Below the pieces are notes generated by a model. That model did no database searches. It worked only from the letters and a program-made list of their open reading frames with translations, and was not told the origin of the DNA. The translations under genes and the position numbers were made by a program. This document shows positions 30,554-40,311 of a stretch of DNA of 64,000 bases, one piece after another (position 1 is the stretch's first letter; each line of letters begins with the position of its first letter). This DNA comes from an uncultured Chloroflexia bacterium. GTDB taxonomy: Bacteria > Chloroflexota > Anaerolineae > Anaerolineales > Villigracilaceae. Location of the stretch: positions 59,373-123,372 of the forward strand of contig CAVUHJ010000002.1 in NCBI GenBank assembly GCA_963741325.1. Reading direction: 5' to 3'.

Positions 30554-31420
30554 ATGAACGAGAAATTAAACCAATATTTGAACGGCGTTTTTGCGCCTTA
30601 CGATGGAGTAAAAAGCGTCGCCGAACTAAAGGCTGACCTGCTCTCCGATTTACAGGAGCGGTTCAATGAACTCAAAGCCGAAGGCAAGGACGATGAAACC
30701 GCTTTTGAGATGACCATTGACAGCATTGGCGACATCGAACAAACGGTACAGGAGGTTGCTAACCTCTCCCGCTCGCTGGAGCGACAGTTGTTGATCAACT
30801 TCAGCGCGAGCGACTTGCCAAAGAGCGACTTCGCGGGCGTTACCGCACATAAAGGAAAATTTGAAGCCAGCGCGCTGCGCGGCTCCGACTTTTCGGGCGC
30901 GGACTTGACCGGCAGCTCGTTTAAGGCCAGCGATGTGCGCGAAGTCAATTTTGACGGTGCAAATCTGACAGACTGCAACTTTTACGCTCTTGACCTTACG
31001 GATGCGAGCTTCAACAAAACCATTCTTGTACGCACCGAATTCAGCACGTCAGATCTGACCCGGGCAAAATTCACCGATATAAAACTGATCGACGTAAAGC
31101 TGACCATGACCGACCTTAGAAAGACGATCTTTGAAAACTGCATCTTTAACGGCGTGGACTTTAAACAATGTGACCTGCGAGGGATGTACCTGGACGGACT
31201 GACCTTTATTGGCGTCAAGTTTGGCGATGCGGCGCTGAGCGAAATTACGTTTAAGGGTGCGACACTTAAAAATGTGTCCTTTACACCGCCGTTTTCTCTG
31301 ACCAAGAAATACTACAATGCCATCAAGACCATTAGGTTTGAGGGCGCGACGATGGATAAGCTGACCTACGCCTCGCTCAAAGGCCTGGGAGCCGATTTGT
31401 CAAAGGTTACCGTTATCTAA
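30554..31420 (+). CDS. Pentapeptide-repeat protein with a DUF1700-like N-terminal helical domain
   Basis: Intact 288 aa; long run of A(D/N)LxG-type pentapeptides (..FSGADLTGSSFKASDVREVNFDGANLTDCNF..). Confidence 0.7.
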   Translation: MNEKLNQYLNGVFAPYDGVKSVAELKADLLSDLQERFNELKAEGKDDETAFEMTIDSIGDIEQTVQEVANLSRSLERQLLINFSASDLPKSDFAGVTAHKGKFEASALRGSDFSGADLTGSSFKASDVREVNFDGANLTDCNFYALDLTDASFNKTILVRTEFSTSDLTRAKFTDIKLIDVKLTMTDLRKTIFENCIFNGVDFKQCDLRGMYLDGLTFIGVKFGDAALSEITFKGATLKNVSFTPPFSLTKKYYNAIKTIRFEGATMDKLTYASLKGLGADLSKVTVI

Positions 31421-31429
31421 GGATTAACA

Positions 31430-32195
31430 ATGATGCAAAACTTATCAATTCAAAGTAAAGGACTGCAAAAGTCCTACCAGCAGCTTCATGTTCTAAAGGG
31501 CGTGGATTTCGAGGTGGAAAAAGGCAGTATTTTCGCCCTGCTCGGCTCCAACGGCGCGGGCAAGACAACGATTATCAAAATCCTCTCCACGCTGCTGAAA
31601 CCGGACGGCGGGACCGCCTTCGTAAACGGATTCGAGGTTGTGTCAAAGGACGACGATGTGCGGCAGTCGATCAGCCTGACCGGGCAATTCGCCGCCGTAG
31701 ATGAGATTTTGACCGGTCGGGAAAATCTGGTCATGATTGCCAGGCTGCGGCACCTCCATGATCCGCGTCAGGTTGCCGACGATTTGCTGAAACGCTTCGG
31801 CCTGACCGATGCCGCCGACCGCAGGGTGTCCACTTATTCGGGCGGTATGCGCCGCAGGCTCGACATCGCCATGAGCCTTGTCGGGAAACCGCAGGTCATT
31901 TTCCTCGACGAGCCGACCAACGGGCTTGACCCCGAGGCGCGCATCGAGGTTTGGAAGACTGTCAAAGAGCTTGCTAATAACGGCACGACGGTATTCCTGA
32001 CCACGCAGTATTTGGACGAGGCCGAGCAGCTTGCCGATCAGAATTGCCATTCTGCATGAGGGCAGGATTATCGCCAACGGCACACTCGCGGAGCTGAAAA
32101 AACTGTTCCCGCCTGCAAAGGTGGAATATATTGAAAAACAGCCGACATTGGAGGAGATATTCCTCGCAATCATCGGCAAAAAGGAGGAAAAGTAA
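31430..32195 (+). CDS. ABC transporter ATP-binding protein (DrrA/ABC-2 type); frame broken near 32040
   Basis: GSNGAGKTT, YSGGMRRRL, IFLDEPTNGLD; the C-terminus ..RIAILHEGRIIANGTLAELKK.. is recovered in the next frame. Confidence 0.8.
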
Positions 32196-32963
32196 ATGGA
32201 AACGATAAAGAAACACTTTTTCAGCGATATGGGCGTGATGCTTGGACGTTCCATGCGCCATATTTTCCGCAGCATGGACACCATCATCACGGTCACCATC
32301 ACGCCGATCGCGATGATGCTGCTGTTCGTCTATGTGTTAGGCGGCGCAATCCAAACCGGTACGGATAACTATGTGAATTACCTGCTGCCCGGCATCCTGC
32401 TGATTGCGATTGCAAGCGGCATCGCCTATACGGCTTACCGTCTGTTTATGGATATGCAAAGCGGCATCTTCGAACGGTTCCACTCCATGCCGATTGCGCG
32501 TTCCACCGTGCTGTGGGGGCACGTGCTGACCTCGCTGGTATCCAACGCGATTTCGGTTGTCGTCATCATTCTCGTAGCGCTCATTATGGGCTTCCGCTCG
32601 TCGGCAGGGGTACTGTCATGGCTTGCCGTAGCCGGTATCCTCGCGCTGTTTACGCTGGCCCTGACATGGATCGCGGCGATTGCCGGACTGTCCGCAAAAT
32701 CGGTGGACGGTGCAGGCGCCTTTGCCTATCCGATTATCTTCCTGCCCTTTATCAGCTCGGCGTTCGTGCCGACCGCATCGATGCCGCCGGTCGTTCGCGC
32801 CTTTGCCGAAAACCAGCCGGTGACCTCGATCGTGGACGCCATCCGTGCGTTGTTGTCAAGCCAGCCGGTTGGTAATGATATATGGATTGCTCTTGCGTGG
32901 TGTGTCGGGATTATGCTCGTGGCTTATATCTTTGCGATGAGGGCGTATAAAAAGCGGGTGTAA
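32196..32963 (+). CDS. ABC-2 type transporter permease
   Basis: Intact 255 aa, 6 TM; its ATG abuts the ATPase stop (TAAATG). Confidence 0.75.
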   Translation: METIKKHFFSDMGVMLGRSMRHIFRSMDTIITVTITPIAMMLLFVYVLGGAIQTGTDNYVNYLLPGILLIAIASGIAYTAYRLFMDMQSGIFERFHSMPIARSTVLWGHVLTSLVSNAISVVVIILVALIMGFRSSAGVLSWLAVAGILALFTLALTWIAAIAGLSAKSVDGAGAFAYPIIFLPFISSAFVPTASMPPVVRAFAENQPVTSIVDAIRALLSSQPVGNDIWIALAWCVGIMLVAYIFAMRAYKKRV

Positions 32964-34137
32964 AGAAAGAACAATTTTTTCTATATTGAACATCAGTGAA
33001 GGCTGCTGCATCGGCTCTACAGGGATCACAGTAGAAACAGTGGAAACAGCAGCCGAAATGCAGTCAATTGCTCCAACATTTGAGATCGAATCATCTGGCC
33101 GAGCCAGCCTCAGCGCTTCCGCCAGCACCGCAACAGCTTTCTCGTATTCTTCCAGTGAAATATGTTCATCGGGCGTATGGTCGAGAGCGGAATCGCCGGG
33201 GCCGTAAACCACCGCGGGGCACTTCCATACCGGCGCGACCAGGTTCAAGTCGGCGGTGCCGGACTTATACACGAAGCTGGGCGTCCCACCTTCTGAGCGA
33301 ATGGCGCTGAGCAGGGCGCGCACCAGCGGCGTATTCTTCTCACAGGCCCAGGCAGGGACGGCATAGCCGCGCCGTTCTACTACTCGCACCGGCCGCGATC
33401 TCGCTCAACTTGGTATACCAATCCTCCGGCGATACATCCAGAGGCAAACGGGTGCCGATGTGCAGCTTTGCCCATTGCTCGAAGCCGTCCGCACCGGACT
33501 CGAGGCCTCGCAGCGTGGGCAGGATCTTATCAAAGGCCCGGGGTTTATTCCCATTGAATGAATCCGCGTAGGCTTTGACCGCCAGCCACAATTCAACTGC
33601 GTCCTCGCAAGCCGTCTGCTCGCCGCTGGAGGAATGGGCCTGCGCGCGCTTGACCGACAACCTGCGCCCAGGCGCTGCCTTTATACCCAAGCGAGATCCT
33701 GTCCCAGCGGTTGGGTTCACCCACGATGGCAAGGTCCGGCTTGTAGCGTGAAACCACATAACGCGCCCCATCCGAATCACGTTCTTCTTCCACCGCACCG
33801 ATCACGACCATCTGCCACCCGCCACCAAGCCGACTTGCGCGACCGCATCTACAAAACACGCCAGCGGGCCTTTGGCATCCACGGAGCCGCGACCATACAG
33901 GTTCCCCTCTTCCACGCGGACAGGGATCTCTCCCGGCACCGTGTCTATGTGCCCGAGCAATACGATCTGCCTGGGGCCCGTTCCCATCAGGCCCACTGCG
34001 TTACCGGCTTCATCCACAAATGCATCCGAGTAATGCAGCGCCTTCATGCGCTCCACCAGCCAGTCAGCCGCATCGCGCTCGCTCCCCGAAGGACTGAAGT
34101 GCTCCACGAGGCCGGTCAGCGTGGCGGCATCATTCAT
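32856..34137 (-). CDS. lysK: [LysW]-lysine hydrolase / acetyl-ornithine deacetylase family (M20); frame broken at least 3 times; the last about 45 codons look like read-through
   Basis: [67 protein letters not shown]; operon position after lysJ (8-nt overlap). Confidence 0.75.
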
Positions 34138-35318
34138 CTTTGAGGTCCGTGCTGAGCACATCGCGCAGCGTGTCCACGAGATGGTCGAGCTGTTCATAGG
34201 TAATGACCAGCGGCGGCAGGAGGCGGATCACCGTCAGACCGGCGTTCAAGGCCAGGATATGCCGCGCCTGCAGTTCTTTGATATACGGTTGAACCTTTTG
34301 TTTCAGCTCGATGCCGACCATCAATCCCAAGCCCGCGCACTTCGCGGATCAGCGGCGAGTTGATCTCGGATAATTTGTCCATGAGGTAGGCGCCTTTTTC
34401 GGCGGCCTGGCCGGGCAGGTCCTCTTCTTCGATGACTTCCAGGGCAGCCACCGCCGCGGCGCAGGAAAGCGGGTTGCCGCCGAAGGTGGACCCATGCACA
34501 CCCGGGACGAGGTTCTTGATCTTCGGGCCGATCAAGACCGCACCGATGGGCACCCCGCCCGCCAGCGACTTGGCGCAGCACAGCATGTCCGGCGTAACGC
34601 CGGTATGCTGCACCGCAAACAATTTCCCGGTGCGGCCAAACCCGCTCTGGACTTCATCCACGATCAGCAGCGCCTCATGCGCATCACAGATGCGGCGGGC
34701 CGCCTCGATATACGCTTTATCCGCCGGGTACACTCCGCCTTCGCCCTGCACCACTTCGACGATAAACGCGGCGGTCTCATCGGTAACGGCCTTCTCCAGC
34801 GCGGCGATATTGTTATACGGCACGTGGCTGAAGCCGGGGACAAGCGGCTCGAAGCCTTCACGATATTTTTTGTTATAGGTGGCCGAAAGCGAACCCAGCG
34901 TGCGACCGTGGAAGGCGCGCATGGTCGCAACGATACCGGCGCGCCCGGTGGAGATGCGCGCAAATTTGATGGCAGCTTCGATCAACTCGGTGCCGGAGTT
35001 GCAGAAGAAGACCCGGTCCAGCCCCGGCACGAGCGTCCCCATTTTTTGGACTAGCGCCGCGCGTTTATCATTGTAAAAACTCTCGAACAGGGTGACCAGC
35101 CTAGTGGCCTGTTCCGCCAGCGCGGCAGCTACCTTGGGATGCGCATGTCCCAGGTTCGCCACGCCGTGCCCGGAATTACAATCCAGGTATTCGACCCCGT
35201 CAATATCCCACAGCAAGGCTCCCTGCCCGCGCACGAAGATGATGGGCTGCTTGGTATACAGCCCCGAGGCGAAGTGCGACTCGGCCTCGATGATTTCAGT
35301 TGCCGTTAAAGTTTTCAT
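34130..35318 (-). CDS. lysJ: [LysW]-aminoadipate semialdehyde / acetylornithine aminotransferase; frame broken near 34325
   Basis: Class III PLP transaminase motifs (..[27 protein letters not shown]..). Confidence 0.8.
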
Positions 35319-36136
35319 TGGATCACTGTTCCTTTACCTGATAATGCGTTCACGATTGGGTTTTGAATGCGACCATCCGCGATGATCACCCGCTTCACTC
35401 CGCCCTTGAGAGCTTCTTCTGCGCCGAGCACCTTTTTCTTCATCCGGCCCTGCGCCGCTTCGAGCGCGGCCGGAAGCTGGCTTTGCGAAAGCTGAGGGAT
35501 CACCGTGCTCTCGTCGGGGAAATTTTTCATCAGCCCCGGCACGGCAGTGAGCAAGACCAGCGTCTCGGCCTGCAGGGCCGAAGCGATACTGGCGGCAGCC
35601 CGGTCGGCATCGATATTCAAGGCCTCGCCCTTCTGGCTGACCGCCATCGGCGCGATGACCGGCAGATAGCCGTTCTCCAGCAATATCTTGAGCAGTGCGG
35701 TGTCCACTTTCTCAACCTTGCCGGTGTAATCATCGCGTATTATTTTGCGTTTGCCGTTCTCGACGCTCTGGATGGAGTCCTTGCGCGCCGCCTGCATCAA
35801 ACGGCCGTCGAGGCCGCTCAGGCCAAAGGCGTTTACGCCCAGCATTTGCAGTTGTTCCACCAATAAGGTATTGACCTTGCCTTTAACCGCCATGGCGAAG
35901 ATCTCCAGGGTCTTGCGGTCGGTGTAGCGCGAGGTATAACCGGACGGTGACGTGATGAAGCGCGGCGGCGTGCCCAATGCTTCGCCCAGGGCGCTGGCTT
36001 CGGCCGAGCCGCCGTGCACGAACACCAGCCTGTTGCCCTGTTTGAGAAGCTCCGCGGCGTCGGCGCAGACAGCGGAGAAATCAACACCTTCCGTCCCGCC
36101 GAGTTTCACTACTGTAATGGTAGTTTGAATTGACAT
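35315..36136 (-). CDS. lysZ: [LysW]-aminoadipate kinase / acetylglutamate kinase family
   Basis: Intact 273 aa; ..VVKLGG..LVFVHGGS.. amino-acid kinase fold; ATGA overlap with lysJ. Confidence 0.8.
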   Translation of the reverse strand: MSIQTTITVVKLGGTEGVDFSAVCADAAELLKQGNRLVFVHGGSAEASALGEALGTPPRFITSPSGYTSRYTDRKTLEIFAMAVKGKVNTLLVEQLQMLGVNAFGLSGLDGRLMQAARKDSIQSVENGKRKIIRDDYTGKVEKVDTALLKILLENGYLPVIAPMAVSQKGEALNIDADRAAASIASALQAETLVLLTAVPGLMKNFPDESTVIPQLSQSQLPAALEAAQGRMKKKVLGAEEALKGGVKRVIIADGRIQNPIVNALSGKGTVIQ

Positions 36137-36281
36137 AGGTTATTCCGGATTAATACCTCGAGTTTATTGAAAAAAGATTTAACGCCGAGTCGCGAAGGCG
36201 CAAAGATTCTTTTATTTTCTAACTTGGCAACTTAGCGTCTTCACGTTAAGGCTAGATTCTTATGAACGTTCCAAGGTTCCT

Positions 36282-36384
36282 GTCATTGCGAACGTAGTGA
36301 AGCAATCTCAAATTTCCATGCAAATTTACAATAAGATTCTGGTTTGAGATTGCTTCGTCGCTAGGAAACGCTCCTCGCAATGAC
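36282..36384. repeat. GTCATTGCGA..CTCGCAATGAC palindromic repeat (copy R1) between lysY and lysZ
   Basis: Termini GTCATTGCGAAC / CCTCGCAATGAC; inner pair GAAGCAATCTCAAA / TTTGAGATTGCTTC. Confidence 0.8.
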
Positions 36385-36393
36385 GCATCACAT

Positions 36394-37428
36394 TTATATC
36401 GGGTGCAGACCCGCAAAGCCCAGGCCGGTCGTTTCGTCCAGGCCGAGCATCAGATTCATGCACTGCACCGCGGAGCCGGCCGCGCCTTTCATCAGGTTAT
36501 CGATGGCGCACAGCGCGACCACATGGCCGGTGGCCTCGTCCAGCTCGAAACCCAGGTCCGCATAGTTGCTCCCGGATAACACTTTAGGCTCCGGCACGCG
36601 GTAGATGCCGCGCTGTTCCTTGACCACGCGGACGAACGGGTTTTCATCTGCCACGGCCCGGTAGGCTTTCCACAGGTCCTTGTTCGTCACGCCGGGCTTT
36701 ACCCTGGCATGCGCGCTCGCCAAAACGCCGCGAACCAGGTCCACGGCGGTCATAGTGAGAGTGACATCCTTCAGGCCCAATTCCTGGATGACTTCCGCTG
36801 TATGACGATGACCGAAGGCCGAGAAGGTGCGGATCACGTTGGCGCGCTCTGCATGGTGCGAACCGGCATTGCCTTCCGCTCCCGATTCCGAGGAGCCGAC
36901 TTTCACTTCGATGATGACCGGCGCAGATGGGTCGATAAGCCCGGCCTTAACCAGCGGCAGCAGCGCCAGATTGCTGGCGGTCGCGTTGCAGCCTACACCG
37001 CTCACGTAACAGGCACTTGATAGATCGGCGCGGTGCAGTTCCGGCAGGCCGTACACGAATTTGCTCAACCATTCCGGTGCGGCATGCGGGGCGCCGTACC
37101 ACTGCTCGTAATCGGCCGGGCTTCGTAGGCGGAAATCGGCGGACAGGTCAACGATCTTGCCGGCCAGCGAGGCATAATTTGCAATCTGCTTCTGCGCCTG
37201 CCCATGCGGCAGGGCCAGGAACAACACATCCACCGGCTCGATCTGCCCGGGGTCGCTGAACTTGAGCTTGGTCTGCTTGCGCAGGTTCGGATGCACCTGG
37301 TAGACGTATTCGCCCAGGTGCGATTGCGAAGTGGCCTGCCTGACTTCGACCTGCGGGTGGCTGAGCAGCAGGCGGAGCAATTCGCCGCCGCCGTAGCCGG
37401 ACCCGCCTACTATGGAAACACTGACCAT
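36394..37428 (-). CDS. lysY: [LysW]-aminoadipate-6-phosphate / N-acetyl-gamma-glutamyl-phosphate reductase
   Basis: AAGGAG RBS; MVSVSIVGGSGYGGGELLRLL..; active-site region ..YVSGVGCNATA.. Confidence 0.8.
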   Translation of the reverse strand: MVSVSIVGGSGYGGGELLRLLLSHPQVEVRQATSQSHLGEYVYQVHPNLRKQTKLKFSDPGQIEPVDVLFLALPHGQAQKQIANYASLAGKIVDLSADFRLRSPADYEQWYGAPHAAPEWLSKFVYGLPELHRADLSSACYVSGVGCNATASNLALLPLVKAGLIDPSAPVIIEVKVGSSESGAEGNAGSHHAERANVIRTFSAFGHRHTAEVIQELGLKDVTLTMTAVDLVRGVLASAHARVKPGVTNKDLWKAYRAVADENPFVRVVKEQRGIYRVPEPKVLSGSNYADLGFELDEATGHVVALCAIDNLMKGAAGSAVQCMNLMLGLDETTGLGFAGLHPI

Positions 37429-37484
37429 GCTGAACTCCTTGGTCTTGCTGAGTTTAGGTAAACCGTAGCGGCGAGAGGATGCCG

Positions 37485-38560
37485 CTACGGGCAGTGATAC
37501 GGTCGCGATACCGATTCGCATGAGCTTTTCCCTTCCGTTATCACGGAGAGGACGAAAAGGAATTCCGGTATTCTTTCAGAAGCAACAGGTAATAACGTTA
37601 GATTGATCAAAGGATGTACGATTTTTGAGAATGAAAGAAATCCTTTTATTCTCCGAAATGGAGTGTTCTTTAATGAAGGACAGATATTCATTGTGCGCTG
37701 GTACTCCGCGACTTCGAGCACGTAGCTCACGATCTCGTCGGCGATATCCACGCCGCTGATGGGCTGGGCGGTATGGAACTCCATGGTGTGGTTGAGCTCG
37801 TTCACCACCAATCCCTTCTCAGGATGTTCCACCAGGTCGATAGCCAGCACGCCGCCGCCCACCGCTGCCGCAGCCTTGAGGCACAGGGCTTCGATCTCCG
37901 GCGTGAGCGGGCACAGCTCGCCTTCGCCGCCCCGGGCGGTGTTGGTGATCCAGTGCTCCGACTTGCGATAGATGGCGGTCAGCACGCGGTCGCCGACCAC
38001 GATGGCGCGGATGTCACGTCCGGGCTTGGCGATGTATTCCTGGATGTAAAACACCGAGTGCTGCACCGAGCCCGAGCATGGACTTATGCTCCAGGATGGC
38101 CTCTGCGGCATCGCGATCATTGACCTTCGCTAACAGCCTGCCCCAGGACCCGACCACCGGCTTGAGCACCACCGGGTAGCCAAAGGTTTCGATGGCCGCC
38201 AGTGCCGCCTCGGGCGTGAACGCAACCACGTTGTGAGGCTGAGGCACACCCGCCGCGGGCCAGCATGGCGGAAGTGGTGAGCTTGTCGCCGCAGATCTCG
38301 GCCACCGCCGCGGTATTCACGGTGGGCACGTCGAAGGCGTTCAGGACGCGCAGGGCGTTCAGCCCGCTGGTGAAACTGATGCTGCGCTCCAGCACGGCAT
38401 CGAACGCCCGCCACGGCTGCGGGTTATCCAGGTCGAAAGAGATCGTCCGGTCGTCGAGACGCTCGTAATCGATGCCGCGCTTTTCCAGCGCGGCAAAGAT
38501 CCATTTTTCTTCCACGCGCACGCGCGAATAGAGCACGCCGATATGCAGGCGGTTCCGCAT
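37485..38560 (-). CDS. lysX: RimK/LysX-family ATP-grasp ligase next to lysW; frame broken at least 2 times, true stop probably near 37690
   Basis: ..[60 protein letters not shown].. Confidence 0.75.
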
Positions 38561-38564
38561 GCGG

Positions 38565-38738
38565 TTACTCGCCCCAGTCCTCTTGCTCCATGGGAGCCGG
38601 TTGGACGGCAGCGGGCTGCAGGGAGACGACCTCCAGGTCCACTCCGCAATCGGGGCAGACGATGATCTCGCCCACTTCGGTGTTCTCTGCCAGGTTGATC
38701 TCGGCCGCGCATTCGATACAGGAAACGTTGTTGTTCAT
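38565..38738 (-). CDS. lysW: Amino-group carrier protein LysW (57 aa; absent from the ORF track because it is under 60 aa)
   Basis: Hand translation MNNNVSCIECAAEINLAENTEVGEIIVCPDCGVDLEVVSLQPAAVQPAPMEQEDWGE*; CxxC..CxxC zinc ribbon and C-terminal EDWGE; AAGGAGAAAAGA RBS. Confidence 0.85.
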   Translation of the reverse strand: MNNNVSCIECAAEINLAENTEVGEIIVCPDCGVDLEVVSLQPAAVQPAPMEQEDWGE

Positions 38739-38786
38739 TCTTTTCTCCTTGGTTTGATTATTTTTGAAACACTATCGTATTCATTT

Positions 38787-38918
38787 GTCATTGCGAGCCG
38801 GTTGAGTAGGCGGCGTTCTTCCGCCGTAAAGTGTGCAATCTCGCTTTATTCAGGATATCTCTTGTCTAAACAGTGGATTGCCACGCCGCCAAGAGCAAGA
38901 ACGGCGGCTCGCAATGAC
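38787..38918. repeat. GTCATTGCGAG..CTCGCAATGAC palindromic repeat (copy R2) between argH and lysW
   Basis: One arm GTCATTGCGAGCCGCCGTTCTTGCTCTTGGCGGCGTGGCAATCC is nearly identical to the first arm of R3. Confidence 0.8.
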
Positions 38919-38926
38919 CCGCAAAT

Positions 38927-40301
38927 TCATTTCTTCATTAATTCTTTTGCATTTTGGATCTGCTTTCTTACGGACTCTCGGAGCCGTGCCTCCGATGACG
39001 TTCCTGCGTTCAACGGACTTCATCGGGTCAAGGACTGCGTATACATCTGCTTCGAACGCGGGACAGATGGCCTGATACCGTTCGATGGGTAACAACTCGA
39101 GTCCCAAGCCTTCGTCCGAGGCGGCACGGACGACTTTGCCCACCAATGTATGCGCTTCGCGAAACGGGACTCCCTTGCCCACCAGGTAATCTGCCAGGTC
39201 GGTTGCCATCATGAACGAATCGATGGCGGAGCGCATACGTTCCGGGCCAAGCGTTAAGGTTTGCAGCGCGCCCGCCAGCACCGGCAGGGTGCTCCCTACT
39301 ATGTCGTAAGCCGCGAAGACCAGCGCCTTATCCTCCTGCAAGTCCTTGTCATACGTGGAGGGCAGTGCTTTCAGCACGGATAGCATCCCCACCAACTGGC
39401 CGATGAGCACACCGGCTTTGCCGCGCGTCAGCTCGAACACATCGGGATTCTTTTTCTGGGGCATCAGGCTCGACCCGGTTGAAAAGGAGTCGGAGAGCTC
39501 GAAGAAGCCGAACTCCGTGCTGGTAAACAGGATGACCTGCTCGGCCAGCTTGCTCAAATGCACGCCGATCAGCGCGGCGCAGAACAGGAACTCTGCGGCA
39601 AAGTCGCGGTCTGAAACGGCATCCAGGCTGTTGGGAGAAGGCATACTAAAATGAAGCGCCTCCGCCAACGCAGTGCGGTCAACGGGGATGGGCGTACCGG
39701 CCAGCGCACCCGACCCCAGGGGCAGCACGGAAACTCGCTTGGCTAATTCGGCAAGCCGCTCGCGGTCACGTTCGAGCGGCCAGAAGTGTGAGAGCCACCA
39801 GTGAGCCAGCAGGATGGGTTGTGCGCGTTGCAGGTGTGTATAGCCCGGCATGAGAGTCTCGCCCGCCGCTTCGGCGCAGCCGATCAGCACCGATTGCAGA
39901 TCCGCCAACTCGGTTTGGATGCCGGGCAGGGACTGCAGCATCCAAAGCCGGAAGTCAGTGGCAACCTGGTCGTTGCGGCTGCGCCCGGTATGTAATTTAC
40001 CGGCTGCCGGGCCGATCAATTCCGTGAGGCGCCGCTCGACCGCGCTATGGATGTCTTCGTCATCGGGGGCAAAAGGAAACGTCCCGTTCGAAAGCTCGTC
40101 CAAAATAGAGTGCAGGCCGCTGTTGATCTGAGCGTGCTCGTCGTCGAGCAGCACGCCCGCCTTTTGCAGGGCCTGCGCCCAGGCCAGGCTGCCTTCCACA
40201 TCCTGCACAGCCAGGCGCCAGTCCACCGGCAGCGACGAGTTCAACTGCCGGGCCGAGGGGTCCAGCTTTTCGTCGAAGCGCCCGCCCCACATCTTGCTCA
40301 T
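38927..40301 (-). CDS. argH: Argininosuccinate lyase; frame broken near 38965
   Basis: MSKMWGGRFDEKLD.., ..GSSLMPQKKNPD.. signature; natural end ..QIQNAKELMKK* is recovered one frame over, stopping 8 nt before repeat R2. Confidence 0.85.
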
Positions 40302-40311
40302 GCCTTCTCCT

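Noticed and set aside
21182-33000. Prophage or conjugative element
   Set aside because: No capsid, terminase, tail, integrase, relaxase or type IV secretion genes are present. The content is regulators, small proteins and an efflux cassette.
38850-38926. C-terminal extension of ArgH (..RVIASRRSCSWRRGNPLFRQEIS) as a novel domain
   Set aside because: It is a translation of the GTCATTGCGAG repeat caused by a frame break near 38965. The adjacent frame gives a normal end ..QIQNAKELMKK* just before the repeat.
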